Source of the DNA: Sulfuricurvum sp.
GTDB taxonomy: Bacteria; Campylobacterota; Campylobacteria; Campylobacterales; Sulfurimonadaceae
Reading direction: 5' to 3'
NCBI RefSeq assembly: GCF_030691015.1
Contig: NZ_JAUYFF010000013.1
Coordinates: 4,638 to 68,637, forward strand
Length of the DNA: 64,000 nucleotides
The notes under the pieces were generated by a model. The model had not been told where the DNA came from. It did no database searches and saw only the letters and a program-made list of their open reading frames with translations. Below, one piece after another: positions 60,197 to 64,000 of the stretch. The position numbers and the translations under genes are program-made. Numbering within the stretch: the first letter of the stretch is position 1; each line of letters opens with the position of its first letter.

Positions 60197-60446
60197 AACA
60201 CAAAAGCTTGAACTGAACTATCCTTGCAGATGGTGCTATAAAGTTGTTGCAAGTGAACGAGCAGGGATAGAAGTTGCGGCACTGGAGATCTTCTGTGAAA
60301 GAGAATATTCATTAAACCCCTCAAATGCAAGCCGTAACGGCAAATATATCAGCATGAACTTAGAGTTGTTGGTTCATAATGAAGACGAACGAACCTATTT
60401 TTACGAAACGCTCAAAGCGCATCCCCACATCAAAATGGTACTATAA
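60177..60446 (+). CDS. DUF493 (YbeD/HP0495-like) small protein
   Basis: AGGAGG 5 nt before the GTG at 60177. [10 protein letters not shown] matches the YPC-x-F-x-fK start typical of the YbeD family. About 89 aa. Confidence 0.6.
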   Translation: MVIINDETQKLELNYPCRWCYKVVASERAGIEVAALEIFCEREYSLNPSNASRNGKYISMNLELLVHNEDERTYFYETLKAHPHIKMVL

Positions 60447-60457
60447 AGGATCGAGTG

Positions 60458-61441
60458 ATGAAAACAGATACATTTGCCAATGAGATTCAAAGACGCTATT
60501 CAGGGTTAAATCCCACGGTTTTAACCCTTCAAGAGCTTCGCGAAGTAACGCTAAATTCGTTAAAAGAGACAACCTTGTCCCTCCATAACGAGCTTGAAGA
60601 GCTAATGGTGCAAAAAGAGCAGATTGAGCGCTCTATTACCCGTAAAAGTGATGAGCTCCAACAGCTAAAATACCGTTTCTTTGATGTATTGGAAAAAATG
60701 TTCAGCGAAGATGATGCCATGCTGGAGAAACTCCACCAGATCAAGATCCAGTCGGTTGATCTTCTTGATATTCTCGAAGAGATGGTAGAGAGTGCCATTA
60801 TTACGACATTAGAGCGTGGCTCTGACATCGAAGAGACCCTTCATGAGATCATCAAAGAGATCACGTTTGAAACACTCAATGCCAATGTCCTTAATGCCAT
60901 CCGTATCCGCCGAATTTTGGCAAGTATTTTACAGACGGCACTCAATCTTGCTGAAGCGACTCCGAATCAAGCAGATACTATTTTACGAGGTACATTGCAG
61001 GGTATCCGATCTGCCCTCTATAAGTCGATTGAGAAATTCCATCAATATCTCCTCTATGTCCCCGAAGAGGTGAAAGCACTCTATCGCGACGAGTACAAAA
61101 CCATCGAAAATGAACTCGATCATATCGATACACTATTCACTCAGGTGATTCACTCTCTCAGCCATCACAATGCACCGGCCATAATCGCCAAATTAGAATC
61201 CGTAAGCCATGATATCCGTTTTGATACGGAAGAGATAAAACACCTCTCTAAAGAGACGGTAGAGTTATTGCGCACCCGTCTCTCAAAACTCACACGCGGC
61301 GTAACGGAGCAAGGAAATAAGCTCCTCAAATCCAAATCGGCTCAAGAGGCAAAGGCGATGGGTGTGCGCGCTTGGAGTGTTGCCAAATCAGCCATGAACG
61401 GTGCTATTAAGGGGGCCAAAGAGGCTATGGATAAGAAGTAG
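60458..61441 (+). CDS. Hypothetical all-helical / coiled-coil protein
   Basis: 327 aa, heptad-rich and charged. No motif recognised. Confidence 0.4.
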   Translation: MKTDTFANEIQRRYSGLNPTVLTLQELREVTLNSLKETTLSLHNELEELMVQKEQIERSITRKSDELQQLKYRFFDVLEKMFSEDDAMLEKLHQIKIQSVDLLDILEEMVESAIITTLERGSDIEETLHEIIKEITFETLNANVLNAIRIRRILASILQTALNLAEATPNQADTILRGTLQGIRSALYKSIEKFHQYLLYVPEEVKALYRDEYKTIENELDHIDTLFTQVIHSLSHHNAPAIIAKLESVSHDIRFDTEEIKHLSKETVELLRTRLSKLTRGVTEQGNKLLKSKSAQEAKAMGVRAWSVAKSAMNGAIKGAKEAMDKK

Positions 61442-61449
61442 TCCGCTAC

Positions 61450-62538
61450 TTACATATCCCGCGCTAATGTAAACATATTGACGTTGTTTTTCATAAAGCC
61501 CTCACAGCGATCACATACAGGATCGCCCCCTTTATAGGGGTAAGGACAGCGGCATTCATGACAAGTCACCATCTCATAATGAACCATCTGCTCAGAACGC
61601 TCATACGCGATACCTACCAGATCGAATCCCTCTTTTTTACTTATTGCTTTGGGCTTGCATATATCCTCACAAATACCGCATCCGATACATTTCCCCTGAC
61701 TAAAATAGATTCCCTGTTTATCTGAAGTAGGAAAGAGCGCGTCGGTAGGACAAAATTGTGTACAGTCACCGCAGTTGGTGCACGCTTCAAAACTGATCTG
61801 TTTATTAAAAAATAGCGGAGAGCTTACAGCAAATTGTGTCGTCTCCATCCTTCCCACAACCTCTTTTAGAGAATTTTTGAGCAGTATCCTCTTCAGCGGC
61901 ATTTTCATGTCGGGAAGTTTATGATGAGCCGCTGTCATTGAGATAGAGGCTACCGTCTCTTCTGCTAGAGACTCTTTTACTTTCTCGAAGCCTTTACGGA
62001 AAAGGGCACGCCGTTCACTCTGCTCCTCTTTCACTTCAATAGTTTCTACCCGATGGGGGCTATCTATCGTCTCTAAAAATTGGTTTGTTGCACCAATTTT
62101 TGATCGTATAGCCTCTTCTAATTTGCCGTTTTCATTAAGAACGCACCCTGCACAGTGGCTCAAATCACACGTCACATTCCGCTCACCGCGCAGTGCCATC
62201 ACACTAAAATGTTCTACATCAAAGATACCCAAACACGGTGTGCTCACTTTGCACGTGAGTGTCGGTGCTTCTTCTAGATGTTGATACATTGCGGCATATC
62301 CGTTAGGATCGAAGCTCTCTATCTCCAAGGCTTCAGTAGGACAGCTTCCGATACACCCGGCACACTCAACACACTCATTTTCAAACAAAGTCAATTTGTT
62401 TCGAACGATATGAAAAGCTCCCTTGGGACAGATATCAATACAGATGGTACAATCGTTATGATAGTACTCATTCCGCAAACAACGGGTCGCCGTAAAACTA
62501 AATAGATTGCTTTTCTGGACAAAATTAATATTACCCAT
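61450..62538 (-). CDS. Poly-ferredoxin with four 4Fe-4S cluster motifs
   Basis: CTICIDICP, CVECAGCIGSCP, CTNCGDCTQFCP, CIGCGICEDICKP. The ATG at 62538 (AAGGAAA RBS, ATGGGTAA overlap with the torD-like stop) is preferred to 62574. Confidence 0.8.
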   Translation of the reverse strand: MGNINFVQKSNLFSFTATRCLRNEYYHNDCTICIDICPKGAFHIVRNKLTLFENECVECAGCIGSCPTEALEIESFDPNGYAAMYQHLEEAPTLTCKVSTPCLGIFDVEHFSVMALRGERNVTCDLSHCAGCVLNENGKLEEAIRSKIGATNQFLETIDSPHRVETIEVKEEQSERRALFRKGFEKVKESLAEETVASISMTAAHHKLPDMKMPLKRILLKNSLKEVVGRMETTQFAVSSPLFFNKQISFEACTNCGDCTQFCPTDALFPTSDKQGIYFSQGKCIGCGICEDICKPKAISKKEGFDLVGIAYERSEQMVHYEMVTCHECRCPYPYKGGDPVCDRCEGFMKNNVNMFTLARDM

Positions 62539-63100
62539 TTGTATTTCCTTGTACCAAGAAATCGTAATCAGCACTTAAAAACTCAACGATGAAGTCGCAC
62601 ATATCACGATAGAACGGTGTATCTGCCATACTTTTCATCCCCATCATATATGGAACTACCCATGGAAATATATGCTGATCCAAAAATTCAAATTGTGATT
62701 TCACTTCATTCCGATAGACCAATGTTTGCATAAATGCAAACTCAATCCCCAAATGATCCGGTGCCATAATCTGCGTTTGATCCATATTCACTTCAAACCC
62801 GTGAGTAAAATAAAAACCCATTACCGGATTTTGAAGCCCTACAAGTGTCTCATTCTTTGCATCCAAGACAAACGATTCTACAGGCTGAGTGTTGAGGATA
62901 TACATCGATGTATAATCGGTATTGAGTTTCTCATATAACGCTTCCGTATCTGTCGCGTTGACCCATTCTTTCGTCTCTTCACCGATAATCTCTAAAAGTG
63001 ACGCATTGTTTTTGAGATCATTGATAAAACGACGATCCGGGATATCGCTCATAACACGAGATAAAAAAGCATAGATGTAGAGACGATATTCATTATTCAT
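62531..63100 (-). CDS. TorD/DmsD-family redox-enzyme maturation chaperone
   Basis: 189 aa. APDHLGIEFAFM matches the E-P-x-DH hinge motif of the TorD family. Next to Fe-S and cytochrome genes. Confidence 0.65.
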   Translation of the reverse strand: MNNEYRLYIYAFLSRVMSDIPDRRFINDLKNNASLLEIIGEETKEWVNATDTEALYEKLNTDYTSMYILNTQPVESFVLDAKNETLVGLQNPVMGFYFTHGFEVNMDQTQIMAPDHLGIEFAFMQTLVYRNEVKSQFEFLDQHIFPWVVPYMMGMKSMADTPFYRDMCDFIVEFLSADYDFLVQGNTNG

Positions 63101-63201
63101 ACATATTCCTGATAAAAAGTAAGGGATTGTGTCATAGGAGGACTTTGAGACAGCAAAGCTTAGATAATTAAGGTCTAGCCCAAAAAGGGGCTAGAGTGGT
63201 G

Positions 63202-63603
63202 TTATAAGCACCCTTTAAAGAACGATTTTTTCGGTGGTGGCGGAGATTTAAATTCCGTCGCTTTAATCGTGTTGGTTGCTTCATCAAGTACACCAACGAC
63301 AATAACACCGTTTTTATTGATCCCTTCACGCATTTCTGAAAGTTTCAATTTTGTGGTATCAATCGTATAAACTTTACCCGTATTGTGTTGATAAAGGGCA
63401 TACTTCGCTTCTTTTGTCGTCACACCTACTTCAGTTTTACGAAAACAACCATCCGATCCGCACACATAATTTTCCAAATAACAATCGGCAAATGCACCTT
63501 GAGCGGCACATCCCGGAGTTGTTAGAAGCCCTTCGAACTCTTCAGGCTCATTGGCGAATGCACTAAAAACAAGTGCAGCACACAATAATGTTATCTTTTT
63601 CAT
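63202..63603 (-). CDS. Secreted Cys-containing hypothetical protein
   Basis: Signal peptide MKKITLLCAALVFSAFA. Six further Cys. Its start overlaps the upstream stop (TAATG). Confidence 0.45.
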   Translation of the reverse strand: MKKITLLCAALVFSAFANEPEEFEGLLTTPGCAAQGAFADCYLENYVCGSDGCFRKTEVGVTTKEAKYALYQHNTGKVYTIDTTKLKLSEMREGINKNGVIVVGVLDEATNTIKATEFKSPPPPKKSFFKGCL

Positions 63604-64000
63604 TATTCTACCTCCGCTTTTAGGGTTTTGAGGTACGCTACGATATTATCAACCGTCTCTTTATCCAAGAAACTGTAATCGGTCATCGTAGATACACGTT
63701 TCCCTTTTTCTAAATTGTACCACGGTGTATTAACATGCGCATTACGGTTATAACCTGGCACAACAACCGCAGACGGTTTTAAGATTGACTCACGCAAATA
63801 GGCTGATGTTGAATAGCCGCCGATGTTTTTCAAAGAAGGCGCCATGAATGATTTCGGATCGGTCGCTTCAATTTGATGACAACCGTTACAACCGTTTGTC
63901 ATTGCCGCTTCTTTACCTTTTAACGCATCACCTTTGCTTTCAGTGGTCAATTCTGCGACCATTGCCGTTGCAGACTTTTGACCTTCGAGGTTGATAGCAA
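63603..64000 (-). CDS. c-type cytochrome domain protein; 5' end probably outside the window
   Basis: Heme motif CNGCH. The frame stays open upstream of the listed Met to base 64000 (AINLEGQKSATA-M), so this may be the C-terminus of a larger protein. Confidence 0.6.
   Translation of the reverse strand, partial: AINLEGQKSATAMVAELTTESKGDALKGKEAAMTNGCNGCHQIEATDPKSFMAPSLKNIGGYSTSAYLRESILKPSAVVVPGYNRNAHVNTPWYNLEKGKRVSTMTDYSFLDKETVDNIVAYLKTLKAEVE

Overview
The gene content and synteny suggest a chromosomal window from a Campylobacterota (epsilonproteobacterial, sulfur-oxidiser-like) genome. This is inference only; no search was run. Layout:
- 1-20.6 kb: one co-directional glycan superoperon of about 20 genes. 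It starts with a legionaminic-acid-type nonulosonic acid module (neuC/legG, ptmE, ptmF, legF, ptmA, in the C. jejuni Cj1328-Cj1332 order). It continues through a Wzx flippase, three hexapeptide acyltransferases, a SAM methyltransferase, several glycosyltransferases and SDR enzymes. It ends in pglC-pglE-pglB-pglF, the N-linked glycosylation core, with an oligosaccharyltransferase carrying WWDFG.
- 20.6-22.8 kb: ilvD and a tRNA cluster (Gly-Leu-Cys-Ser).
- 22.9-25.5 kb: CDGSH protein, AEC transporter, a CowN-like small protein and an MBL hydrolase.
- 25.5-30.6 kb: a translationally coupled six-gene operon. It encodes a Cys-less redoxin-fold protein, a MacB-type ABC permease and ATPase, a heme-copper-oxidase-subunit-I-like membrane protein with no CuB His-His pair, a 10-TM protein and YceI. 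I could not assign it to a known system.
- 30.7-33.4 kb: three orphan genes.
- 33.4-42.4 kb: OmpA-like protein, DUF155, cytochrome c553, three GGDEF proteins (two fused to CBS), an M15 peptidase, guanine deaminase and an arsC-family remnant.
- 42.6-48 kb: a TonB-dependent receptor clustered with a NapH/FtrD-like polyferredoxin, a DsbD-like protein and TonB.
- 48-64 kb: OMP/PBP-like/HD-GYP trio, cytochrome b plus katG, leuC, EAL-HDOD, mobA, moaC, and a TorD/ferredoxin/cytochrome c redox accessory set that runs off the window.

I saw no CRISPR array, rRNA, transposase or integrase. Homopolymeric G8/C8 tracts lie in neuC, the TonB-dependent receptor gene and tonB.
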